Shown: positions 9,892 to 18,552 of the stretch, one piece after another
Numbering within the stretch: position 1 is the stretch's first letter
How the letters are laid out: each line of letters starts with the position of its first letter
IMG/VR virus record: IMGVR_UViG_3300017989_000120
Coordinates: 1-62,884 of that record
Length of the DNA: 62,884 nt
Source of the DNA: a virus
Lineage: Duplodnaviria > Caudoviricetes
Direction: 5' to 3' (one strand)
Program-made: the position numbers and the translations under genes
The notes under the pieces: model-generated
The model's database searches: none
What the model was told of the DNA's origin: nothing
What the model saw: the letters and a program-made list of their open reading frames with translations, nothing else

Positions 9892-11123
9892 TTAGCATTT
9901 TTAAGGATAGGAGTGAATTCGATATTGCTGACTATTTTGTGGTTAGGTATTATTTGGAAGCTAAAACTTCTTTGAGAGATGCCTCTTGGAATTTGGCTAT
10001 CGGTCAAAGTATAGGTAACCCGACGAATCGCAGTGAATGGGAAACTGATGAAATGTTTGAAAATCACAGTTGTTTCATTCTTGCTTCTGAACAAGATCTT
10101 AGCCAAAAAAAAGATGGTGAAGTTGAAATTGCTTTCCCCTTGGCAAACCTTAATTTGGAGGAGGATGGGATATCACAGATCCTTTGCCATATAGCCGGTG
10201 GACAAGTCGATATAGAAGAGGTGAAGCAGTGTCATGTTTTGGATATTGTACTGCCTCAAGAAGTTGAAGACTCTTTTTCTTTGAAACCTGCTTACGGGAT
10301 TAATGGATGGAGAAGATTCAACGGAGTTGATGACAAGCCTTTTCTAGGTGGAATAGTTAAGCCTAAAGTAGGCATGTCCCCTGAGGTATTGCTAGAAGCT
10401 GTTAAAGAGATGGTTTATGGTGGGGTCAACTTTATTAAAGAGGATGAGCTCCTAGCAAACCCTTCTCACTGTCCGCTAGAACAAAGAGTGCCTTTAATTT
10501 CATCTTGGTTAAAAGAAAATGCTCCTGATGTGATCTATTGTTTCTGTATAAATGGTGATAGCCCATATGCTTTGGAAAGAGCTAAATTTGTAGCAGATAA
10601 TGGCGGAAATGGTATTCACATTAATGTTTGGAGTGGATTAGGCGTATATCGTGCTATCAGAAAGCAAAATCCTAATCTTTGGATACACTTCCAAAAAAGT
10701 GGTGATAAATTTTTTACGGATAGAAGATCTCCAAACCATATTTATTGGCCTGTTTTATGCAAGATTGCTGGATGGTCTGGGGTTGATTCTATTCATGCTG
10801 GAATGATTGGTGGTTATATGAACCAGGACGAGGAAGAGATTCGGGATACCCTAAGGGTTCTTTGGAACTATAACATTGTACCTGCTCTTAGTTGCGGAAT
10901 GCATCCGGGTCTAGTCCAGTACATTAACGAAACAATTAGCAGTTTTGATTGGATGGCTAATGTTGGTGGAGCAATGCACGGACATCCACAAGGCACAAGG
11001 GCAGGTGCACTGGCAATGAGACAGTCCATAGACCAAGACTATGATCATCCAGAATATACAATAGCAATAAAAAAGTGGGGAAACAAATGTTTTTCTGAAG
11101 ATTTGGATTACAGAATTTTCTAG
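9888..11123 (+). CDS. RuBisCO-like protein (form IV RLP)
   Basis: GGIVKPKVG (K175/K177), GVNFIKEDE (carbamate Lys motif), DSIHAG, PALSCGMHPG, GGAMHGHPQG; His294 and Lys334 equivalents are substituted. Confidence 0.9.
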   Translation: MISIFKDRSEFDIADYFVVRYYLEAKTSLRDASWNLAIGQSIGNPTNRSEWETDEMFENHSCFILASEQDLSQKKDGEVEIAFPLANLNLEEDGISQILCHIAGGQVDIEEVKQCHVLDIVLPQEVEDSFSLKPAYGINGWRRFNGVDDKPFLGGIVKPKVGMSPEVLLEAVKEMVYGGVNFIKEDELLANPSHCPLEQRVPLISSWLKENAPDVIYCFCINGDSPYALERAKFVADNGGNGIHINVWSGLGVYRAIRKQNPNLWIHFQKSGDKFFTDRRSPNHIYWPVLCKIAGWSGVDSIHAGMIGGYMNQDEEEIRDTLRVLWNYNIVPALSCGMHPGLVQYINETISSFDWMANVGGAMHGHPQGTRAGALAMRQSIDQDYDHPEYTIAIKKWGNKCFSEDLDYRIF

Positions 11124-11124
11124 C

Positions 11125-11559
11125 ATGAGGCTTATATCGCATAGAGGAAATCTAAACGGACCGAACCCATCAAGGGAAAATAGACTGGATTACATACAAG
11201 AAGCATTGGATATGGGCTATGATGTTGAGATTGACGTCTGGATATCTGATACCTCCATATACTTGGGTCACGATTTACCGGAAACTAAAGTTCCCCTTGA
11301 ATGGCTGCTGGAAAGGTCAGAAAAACTTTGGATCCACTGCAAAAACATAGCAGCTATGGTTTATCTTAAGGAGTATGGTGAACTCAACGTTTTTTGGCAC
11401 GAAGCGGATAAGATTACTTTAACCTCCAGATCATTTATCTGGGCTTTTCCTGGTATGCAGCCAATAAACAAAAGCATTGCTGTTTTGCCCGAAATGTATG
11501 ACGAACCAGTAGACAATTGCTGTGGGGTTTGCTCAGATTACATCTCAAACTATCGATGA
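11125..11559 (+). CDS. Short glycerophosphodiester phosphodiesterase (GDPD/PLC-like) protein
   Basis: ISHRGN...EN...DVEIDVW...LGHD...WIHCKN...CSDY. Confidence 0.75.
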   Translation: MRLISHRGNLNGPNPSRENRLDYIQEALDMGYDVEIDVWISDTSIYLGHDLPETKVPLEWLLERSEKLWIHCKNIAAMVYLKEYGELNVFWHEADKITLTSRSFIWAFPGMQPINKSIAVLPEMYDEPVDNCCGVCSDYISNYR

Positions 11560-12338
11560 AAGTAGCATTACTCCTTCCTGGTCAAATAAGAGATGCAGAT
11601 AACACTTTTCCGAACATCAAGAAAAGTATATTGGATAAATTTGACGTTGATGTTTTTATTTCCACCTGGAACCCCTCGAAAGAAATTAAAAACTCACTGC
11701 ACGCGGATACCAAAGATCTTGAAGATCGTATAAACATAGATGCTCTTATGCGTCTTTATTCTCCTGTCCAGATTAGGACTGACAATTTCGATAGTGATGG
11801 TATACAAAAAATCATAGATAGATCTTGGTCCTATGAATCCTTTGGCCCACAGACTGGAGAAATAAGTCCAGTTTCTGTTTTTCTCATGTGGTACAAGATA
11901 AAACAATCTTTCATGTTAATGAAAGACTATGAGGAGATCTTAGGAGAAAGATATGATTATGTCATAAAAGGAAGGATGGACATCCAGATATTGAATGCTC
12001 TAGAACTGGACAAGAATCCCCAAAAGATCTGTGTCCCTCCTGGTTTTGATTGGAAAGGTGGTGTCAATGATATTTTGGCTTGGGGAGGTAGGGATGCAAT
12101 GGAGCATTATTGCAAAATGTTTGATTACTTGGATGAATATATTTTGTCTGGGATCTACTTTCACCCAGAAACTTTATTAAGGCACCATATAGAAAGTTCT
12201 GAATTTATTTTATCTAGGCCTTTTGTTAAGGTGATGCTCCGGGATAAGAATGTTTGGGAGACCGAGGTGTCAGATAATGAAATAGATGAAAAAAGTTTTG
12301 GATATATAGAGTCTAGGGGAAACATTTGGGACACTTAG
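11556..12338 (+). CDS. Glycosyltransferase-like hypothetical protein
   Basis: MKVALLLPGQIR, DVFISTW, YDYVIKGRMD, NDILAWG, HPETLL; ATGA overlap with the previous gene. Confidence 0.55.
   Translation: MKVALLLPGQIRDADNTFPNIKKSILDKFDVDVFISTWNPSKEIKNSLHADTKDLEDRINIDALMRLYSPVQIRTDNFDSDGIQKIIDRSWSYESFGPQTGEISPVSVFLMWYKIKQSFMLMKDYEEILGERYDYVIKGRMDIQILNALELDKNPQKICVPPGFDWKGGVNDILAWGGRDAMEHYCKMFDYLDEYILSGIYFHPETLLRHHIESSEFILSRPFVKVMLRDKNVWETEVSDNEIDEKSFGYIESRGNIWDT
12301..12308 (+). promoter_or_regulatory. GATATATA putative promoter
   Basis: In the 3' end of the previous gene, upstream of the SSB gene. Confidence 0.4.
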
Positions 12339-12375
12339 AGATTAAATAAAGGATTTAAAAATAATTAAAGGAATC

Positions 12376-13326
12376 ATGAGTAATTTAGACATTTTCAATT
12401 TGGATGCGGAAGCATTCGTAACGAAAACAAAGAAGGAGAATTCAGAGGGAACAGAATTTTACAAACCATATCCGGAAAACGGAAAGGATGGAGTTTATAA
12501 ATCGCTGATCCGTTTTCTCCCCAACCACGTCGATCCGACGAAATCAAAAATCCACAAGTACTACGTTTATCTAAACGATCCAACAACGGGAGATGGATTC
12601 CCAGTTGACTGTCCGTCAACAGTAGGAAAAAAATCTGTACTTAAGGATATGTTCTGGAAGTTGAAAAATTCACATTCAGCTGCAGATCAAGAGCTATCAA
12701 GAAGTTTTTCTAGAAAGGAAGACTATTACTCTCTCATCCAAATTGTACAGGATAAGCACAATCCTGAACTTGAGGGTAAAATTATGATCTTCAAATTTGG
12801 ACGCAAGCTAAATGATATGCTCGAAGCACAGCTTAAGCCTGAGTATGGAGATTCGTGCAACCCTTACGACCTTTTCGAAGGTAAACTTTTCTCAGTTCAC
12901 ACAAGAAAAGTTGGTGAGTGGAACAACTACGATCTTTGTTCATTTGTTGGAGATAGAACTCCTATCGAAATCAATGGCAAAAAGATGGAGAAAAATCAGG
13001 ATGACATGAATGCAATCATGGAGTACCTTAAAACAGGTCCTGACAACCTCACCCAGTTTGAATATAAAGATTGGGACGATAACACTACTCAAAGGGTTAT
13101 GAATGTGATTAAAAACACAGTTCCAGATGGAAGGCTAGTTAATGAGGTTTTAGGAGGTGCAAACCAGACTTCGACCCCATCGTCATCTAGCTCAACGAAT
13201 GACTTTTACAACGAGGCTTCATCAACTAAAGTAGGCTCTGAACCTGCAAAGGAAGATAAAGGCATTAGTCAGCCATCAGCACCTGAAACATCTTCGTCTC
13301 TAGACGACCTATACGCAGATCTCTAA
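12376..13326 (+). CDS. Single-stranded DNA-binding protein (T4 gp32-like)
   Basis: IRFLP, NPELEGKIMIFKFGRKL, NPYDLFEG, WNNYD, acidic tail SLDDLYADL. Confidence 0.85.
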   Translation: MSNLDIFNLDAEAFVTKTKKENSEGTEFYKPYPENGKDGVYKSLIRFLPNHVDPTKSKIHKYYVYLNDPTTGDGFPVDCPSTVGKKSVLKDMFWKLKNSHSAADQELSRSFSRKEDYYSLIQIVQDKHNPELEGKIMIFKFGRKLNDMLEAQLKPEYGDSCNPYDLFEGKLFSVHTRKVGEWNNYDLCSFVGDRTPIEINGKKMEKNQDDMNAIMEYLKTGPDNLTQFEYKDWDDNTTQRVMNVIKNTVPDGRLVNEVLGGANQTSTPSSSSSTNDFYNEASSTKVGSEPAKEDKGISQPSAPETSSSLDDLYADL

Positions 13327-13339
13327 ATCTACCTTGAAT

Positions 13340-13379
13340 GGGGGCTAAGCAATAATCATTGCTGCCCCCTTTCTTTTTT
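13340..13379 (+). terminator. Intrinsic terminator
   Basis: GGGGGC..AGCAAT / ATTGCT.GCCCCC hairpin plus T-tract. Confidence 0.7.
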
Positions 13380-13400
13380 AACTGTAAATAAAGGATTGAT

Positions 13401-14462
13401 ATGGATTTGGGTAGAATTAGGGAGCTTTTAGAAGATATCTTAAGGAAAGAATTTGCTGGTAATATTGGAAAGCAAAAAATCTATGAAGCCGGTAATAGGC
13501 TGAACATTTCTTGTCCCTATTGTGGGGATAGTTCTAATCCTAGAAAGAAGAGGGGGAATTTTTACATTGATACCCTTACTTACAAGTGCTATAATGGAGG
13601 ATGTGGGATCTATAAGGACGCATATTCTATGTTCCGTGATTTTCATGTTGCGTCAAAGCTTGAGGGTGATGAAAAGAGGGATATAATCGATCTCATTAAA
13701 AAGGGGAAAGAGAAGAGACAGACGATATACGGAGATGTCGACATTTCCCTTTTCTTCGATACGGATTTTAAGTCTGTTGTTATTCCGAGGGATAAGTTCG
13801 TACATGATATGAACCTCCAGGAAGTAAAGGGATCAAAGATGGAAAGATATCTAATGAGGAGAAACCAACAGGCTGATGATAAGTTTGCTTGGGATCCCAA
13901 AAGTGGCAAACTTTATCTTTTCAATTTATCCAAGGATAACGAGATTCTAGGTTTGCAGTTTAGAAATATGGATTCAACGTATGGATCTAAATATTACACG
14001 TACAAGCTCAGTGGTATTTGGGAAAAACTCCTCAAGACCAATGACCAGAATTTGATAGAAGAGGCAAAAAAGATAGATCCTGTATCCTTTGTTTTTAATG
14101 TAGGCAGGATTTCTTTTGATCGGACCATAACTATCTTCGAGGGACCAATGGATTCCTGGCTCTGGAAAAATTCGGTTGCACTTTGCTCTATAGAAAACAA
14201 ATTCCCATTTGATGTTGAGAATGTGCAATATTGGTATGACTGGGACAACGCAGGAAGACAGAAGCATTCTGAGCTTTTATCTGCGGGTAAAAAGGTGTTT
14301 AATTGGAAGAAGTTTTTAATGGATCACGAACTTCCGATAAATAGGAAATGGGACTTAAACGACCTTGTGAATTTTCTTCGAGCGAAGAGAATAAAAATAA
14401 GGAGATTGGATAACTACTTTACCGAGGAGATACTTGATTTATCCGATTTCATATATGCATGA
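13401..14462 (+). CDS. DNA primase (T4 gp61-like)
   Basis: Zn ribbon CPYCGDS..KRG..YKCYNGGC, TOPRIM IFEGPMDS, YDWDNAG, KWDLND. Confidence 0.85.
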   Translation: MDLGRIRELLEDILRKEFAGNIGKQKIYEAGNRLNISCPYCGDSSNPRKKRGNFYIDTLTYKCYNGGCGIYKDAYSMFRDFHVASKLEGDEKRDIIDLIKKGKEKRQTIYGDVDISLFFDTDFKSVVIPRDKFVHDMNLQEVKGSKMERYLMRRNQQADDKFAWDPKSGKLYLFNLSKDNEILGLQFRNMDSTYGSKYYTYKLSGIWEKLLKTNDQNLIEEAKKIDPVSFVFNVGRISFDRTITIFEGPMDSWLWKNSVALCSIENKFPFDVENVQYWYDWDNAGRQKHSELLSAGKKVFNWKKFLMDHELPINRKWDLNDLVNFLRAKRIKIRRLDNYFTEEILDLSDFIYA

Positions 14463-14682
14463 GATGCCAACTATAGATCAAACACAGGAGTGGGAGGAAA
14501 GCTTAAATTCTGAAGAGGGTGAGGTAAAATTTCCCATATCTTTTCTTGACAGGTTTAACGAGGAAGAGATTAGAATAGAAGCATCCAATATTGATATAGG
14601 TCCACCGAGGCTTAAGAAGTCCTCGGTAAAGGAAATAAAGTTAGGGAAAAAGACTAAAAACAAGGGCAACGAATTATTCTAA
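14455..14682 (+). CDS. Hypothetical protein
   Basis: ORF filling the gap between primase and UvsY-like genes. Confidence 0.5.
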   Translation: MHEMPTIDQTQEWEESLNSEEGEVKFPISFLDRFNEEEIRIEASNIDIGPPRLKKSSVKEIKLGKKTKNKGNELF

Positions 14683-14683
14683 T

Positions 14684-15130
14684 ATGTCAGAGCAACAAAA
14701 AACCGATTACAGTAAGCTTTTCGAAAGGGAAAGAGCTGAATGGAAAGAAAAAATCCAAGTGATATCTTTGAGCCTAAAAAACATTAGAACAGTTGCTGAA
14801 GCACAAGTGGATTTGTTTTCCAATAGACAAATACTATTGGAATACAGCTATAAACTTGCTCAGATTGTTAGTAAGCTTGCTACTAAGGAAAGAAAGCTGA
14901 GAGCTTCCAAACTAAGAGATTATACGGTTAACAGTGATGTGAGATATGGATCTAATGAGACTAAATTACTTATTGAGGGAGATGTTGCCGATGTTGTGGA
15001 AAAAATACAACTAGTGGAAGGACACCGCAAATTTATTGACCAAACAATCCAGACTGTTGATCACATGCTCTATGGTATTAAGTCAAGGATTGCTCTTGAA
15101 GAATATCTTAGAGCTAGCACGATAAAATAA
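14684..15130 (+). CDS. UvsY-like recombination mediator
   Basis: All-helical 148 aa, C-terminal YGIKSRI, immediately upstream of the UvsW-like gene as in T4-like phages. Confidence 0.55.
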   Translation: MSEQQKTDYSKLFERERAEWKEKIQVISLSLKNIRTVAEAQVDLFSNRQILLEYSYKLAQIVSKLATKERKLRASKLRDYTVNSDVRYGSNETKLLIEGDVADVVEKIQLVEGHRKFIDQTIQTVDHMLYGIKSRIALEEYLRASTIK

Positions 15131-15139
15131 GATAGGTAG

Positions 15140-16663
15140 ATGATCAAATTTAACGTATCTGAGGATCAACAATGGCTAATACTCGCTCAATCAAATGATG
15201 AGATAGAAAAAAGGCAAATTGAGATCTCTTTAACCAAGAAAATACACAATTGGTATTTTCACCCGCTAGTTAAGAAGAAGATCTGGGACGGTAATATTTG
15301 CTTTATAGAAAAAAGAGGGCCATTTTGGAAAGTCCCAGTTGGGCTCTGGAGGGAGGTTCTGGAGATAGGTAAAGAGTTTGGTATAGACATCGACATTGAG
15401 GGCCTTGATAAGATAATACTCAGCGACTTAACTCTGGAAGAGTTCCAAGAATGGGTAGACGGGTTCTTTGCAGATAAGGATATTACTCCCCGTGATTATC
15501 AGGTTGAAGCTGCATGGAAAATCGTAAAGTATAGGTATTCTGTATCTGAGATTGCTACCTCCTCTGGTAAGACACTTATATCCTTTATGATATTTGCTTT
15601 TCTTAAGCAGAGGGGACTGATTAGAAAGTTCTTAATGATTGTACCAAACACTAACCTAGTCTTCCAAGGAAACGATGACTTTATAGATTATGGCATTGGC
15701 GAACTTGGTGTGAGAATCCAGCAAATTGGAGGTGGTAGTAAGCTTAGAGAAGGGTGTGATCTTATAATAGGTACTTTCCAATCTTTGGTTAAAAAAGACG
15801 AAGATTTCTTCGAGGAGATTGATGCAGTTTTCGTTGATGAAGCACACCACACAAACTCCATGTCAATTAAGAAGATTGTTGCTAAGTGCATGCACAGTAA
15901 GTGGAGGTTTGGTCTAACTGGGACACTTACTAAAAGGGGATCAGCTGACCATTTAACCATACAGCAATTTTTGGGACCTGTTGTCGTTGAGATCTCACCG
16001 GATTTCCTTTTCAAAAATAAACATGCAACCCCGGTCCATATCAAAGTGGTAAGAATGAATTGGCTGGATGACGAGATTAAGGGAAAACTAGCAGACCTCA
16101 AAGCTAATTCACAAAATCTCGAGGGAAATGAGCTTTATAACCTTGAAAGAAAACTTGTAATCGAAAGCGAGAAAAGACTTAATTACGTAGTTGAATTCAT
16201 ATCTAAAACATCTAAGAATTCATTGGTCCTGTTCCAATCGGTAAAGGACGAGTATGGTAAGCAGATATGGAATAGACTCAGGGAGGTAACCAACGATAAA
16301 GAGGTCTTTTACGTCGATGGGGATACAGACGAATCGCTCAGGGAAGAGTATAAATCTAGGATGGCAAATGGGGAGAATAAAATCCTAGTTGCAACATATG
16401 GTACTTTTTCTACGGGTATCTCTATTAACAATCTTCACAACATTTTCTTAGTAGAGTCTTATAAGAGCGAGGTTCTCATTAAGCAGAGCCTCGGTAGGGG
16501 AATGAGAAAAATGGACGGAAAGGAAAAAGTTAACGTGATTGACTTTGTGGACGATTTTTCCTCCCCAAAATACAAGAACTACCTGATTAAGCACAGCGAA
16601 GCAAGGATTGAGATCTATAAAAACGAAAAGTTCAAGTATAAGATCTTTAATGTTAATCTCTAA
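15140..16663 (+). CDS. uvsW: SF2 DNA helicase (T4 UvsW-like)
   Basis: WDGNI, PRDYQ, ATSSGKT, VDEAH, GLTGT, TFSTGISI, QSLGRGMR. Confidence 0.9.
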   Translation: MIKFNVSEDQQWLILAQSNDEIEKRQIEISLTKKIHNWYFHPLVKKKIWDGNICFIEKRGPFWKVPVGLWREVLEIGKEFGIDIDIEGLDKIILSDLTLEEFQEWVDGFFADKDITPRDYQVEAAWKIVKYRYSVSEIATSSGKTLISFMIFAFLKQRGLIRKFLMIVPNTNLVFQGNDDFIDYGIGELGVRIQQIGGGSKLREGCDLIIGTFQSLVKKDEDFFEEIDAVFVDEAHHTNSMSIKKIVAKCMHSKWRFGLTGTLTKRGSADHLTIQQFLGPVVVEISPDFLFKNKHATPVHIKVVRMNWLDDEIKGKLADLKANSQNLEGNELYNLERKLVIESEKRLNYVVEFISKTSKNSLVLFQSVKDEYGKQIWNRLREVTNDKEVFYVDGDTDESLREEYKSRMANGENKILVATYGTFSTGISINNLHNIFLVESYKSEVLIKQSLGRGMRKMDGKEKVNVIDFVDDFSSPKYKNYLIKHSEARIEIYKNEKFKYKIFNVNL

Positions 16664-16673
16664 CCATTTGTCC

Positions 16674-16681
16674 GATATATA
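16674..16681 (+). promoter_or_regulatory. GATATATA putative late promoter
   Basis: Upstream of CTS-like ORF 16688. Confidence 0.6.
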
Positions 16682-16687
16682 GGATAA

Positions 16688-17188
16688 ATGAGGAAGAAAA
16701 TGGATAACATAAAAGATTTTCAAAGTTTTCTCAACGAGAATATTGAAAGAAGAGAACCATATTCTGCTACTGAGTGGATCAAGCAGAAAAGGAGAAGTAT
16801 AGAGGCAGAAACAGGCGCTGAGAAAATCTACCAAATGACTTATGATGAAGGGGGTGCTTTGCAGAGACTTGTAAAAGGTGCTGTTGAAGGACTTAGAAGC
16901 CTAGGACAAGGAATTGCTGATCTATTCGATTCAGGTAAGGCAGCAAGCATGGATATTGAGGGTCTTAGTAAAAATAAAGATCAGGTTTTATCTAGATGGG
17001 GAGATTCAATTAGAGCTTCTGGAAAAAACAAAAGGGGAGAATATGAAACCTTTTATAGGGATGCTATCCGTAAGGGCAAGTCAACTTTTGGTAAAGACTT
17101 TGATATCAACAACCCCCAGGGAAGAGACCAGCAACTTTACAGGGATTATGTCTTTTCTGCCACAGACTATTTTGATTTAGGAAGATGA
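16688..17188 (+). CDS. Hypothetical protein with CTS-like N-terminus
   Basis: NIKDFQSFLNE motif. Confidence 0.6.
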   Translation: MRKKMDNIKDFQSFLNENIERREPYSATEWIKQKRRSIEAETGAEKIYQMTYDEGGALQRLVKGAVEGLRSLGQGIADLFDSGKAASMDIEGLSKNKDQVLSRWGDSIRASGKNKRGEYETFYRDAIRKGKSTFGKDFDINNPQGRDQQLYRDYVFSATDYFDLGR

Positions 17189-18096
17189 GAAACGTGCTAA
17201 AATTCGGAGATTACGTTTCGCTGTTCGAAGGTGGAGCTGCGATAAAGGAATCTAGGAGGATAAAGGAGAGTGAGGTTCCAAAAACCATGGAGTCCATCAA
17301 AGAAATTCTTTTCCCTCTGCTTGGTGGTGGGGAGGTAGACAAGGAATATCTTATCATTGGTAGCATTGGTAAAAAGAAAGATCAAAATGACACATCTGGT
17401 GATATTGATCTTGGTATAGATAAAAAGTTCCTCTCTAAGAAGCTGGGTGTTTCTGAAGATGATGTTCTCGGAGCTTTATACAAAAATCTTTCGGAGACCT
17501 TACACAACAAACTTGGCTTTGTACCAGATATGAAATTGATGAGAGGAATTAACGTTCTCTCGATTGGTTGGCCTATAGAGGGTGACGCTGAAAATGGTAT
17601 AGTTCAATTAGATCTTATTCCAATTTCTGATATGGAATGGGCTAAGTTTATATTCTATTCCCCAGATTACAGAAAGAACGAAAGTAAATACAAGTCGGCT
17701 CACAGAAACTGGCTTTTCCAAGCAATTCTTTCAGCACTAAAGGAAGTAATTTCTAAGGACGAAAATGGTGAACTGGAGGATTTTTATTCTTATGCTCTGA
17801 GGTTAAGCGATGGGATTTACAAAAATAAGAAGTCTTTTAGGGGTGCTACAAAAAGACTAAAAAGTCCTAAAACGGTTAAAGGAGAAAGCACTTTGGTAAC
17901 TAGAGATCCCGACGAGTTTGTTGAGATGATGTTTGGTGGTGGGATTAAGAAGGAGGATCTAAAATCTTTTGAGGATGCTTGGAAGTTGGTTTCTTCTCCA
18001 AACTTTGTCCATGCTGACAAGAGGGACGAGATCAGGGACGATCTGGAAAGATATTTAACAAACGGTGGATTTGAAATCCCCACTGAGATCAAATAA
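17185..18096 (+). CDS. Pol-beta-superfamily nucleotidyltransferase-like protein with CTS-like N-terminus
   Basis: IIGSIGKK...SGDIDLGI, VQLDLI; starts VLKFGDYVSLFEGG. Confidence 0.65.
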   Translation: MRNVLKFGDYVSLFEGGAAIKESRRIKESEVPKTMESIKEILFPLLGGGEVDKEYLIIGSIGKKKDQNDTSGDIDLGIDKKFLSKKLGVSEDDVLGALYKNLSETLHNKLGFVPDMKLMRGINVLSIGWPIEGDAENGIVQLDLIPISDMEWAKFIFYSPDYRKNESKYKSAHRNWLFQAILSALKEVISKDENGELEDFYSYALRLSDGIYKNKKSFRGATKRLKSPKTVKGESTLVTRDPDEFVEMMFGGGIKKEDLKSFEDAWKLVSSPNFVHADKRDEIRDDLERYLTNGGFEIPTEIK

Positions 18097-18548
18097 TGGA
18101 GTTTACACAAAAACATAACGATTTAATCTACGGCGCCTTGGAGGTTTTCTTAGAAAAGGATTCACCTTCCCTAGTAGCGAGGGAAGAAGATGGACTTATT
18201 TCTTTTTCTACCGTACTTGGTTTAAGTGGTGTAATTGAGAAGGAAGAGGATGGAAGTGCTAATGTATTTTTAGAGGGTCAAAAGTACTATGAAATTGAGA
18301 AAGAGGTTTTCCATCTAATAGAGAATAGAAACGATGCCCCAGAGGTTGAGTCTCTATTGGAAGAGTTGGCTATAATACATCAGATGGAATTACAGGAAAG
18401 ATCGAAAATTCTTATAGAAACGATCATAAGAGGTTTAGCAAAACTTATAGTGGACCAAAAGGTAACTGTCGGAGTTGATATCCAACTTGGACCTGTACTT
18501 ATTAAGAACACCGATGACATGGGGAACGTAAAAATTCTATTGAACTAA
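18096..18548 (+). CDS. Hypothetical protein
   Basis: 150 aa ORF, TAATG-coupled to the previous gene. Confidence 0.6.
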   Translation: MEFTQKHNDLIYGALEVFLEKDSPSLVAREEDGLISFSTVLGLSGVIEKEEDGSANVFLEGQKYYEIEKEVFHLIENRNDAPEVESLLEELAIIHQMELQERSKILIETIIRGLAKLIVDQKVTVGVDIQLGPVLIKNTDDMGNVKILLN

Positions 18549-18552
18549 GAGG

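Noticed and set aside
9888-11123. Bona fide CO2-fixing RuBisCO
   Set aside because: His294, Arg295 and Lys334 equivalents are substituted, and no small subunit or PRK gene is nearby; it fits form IV
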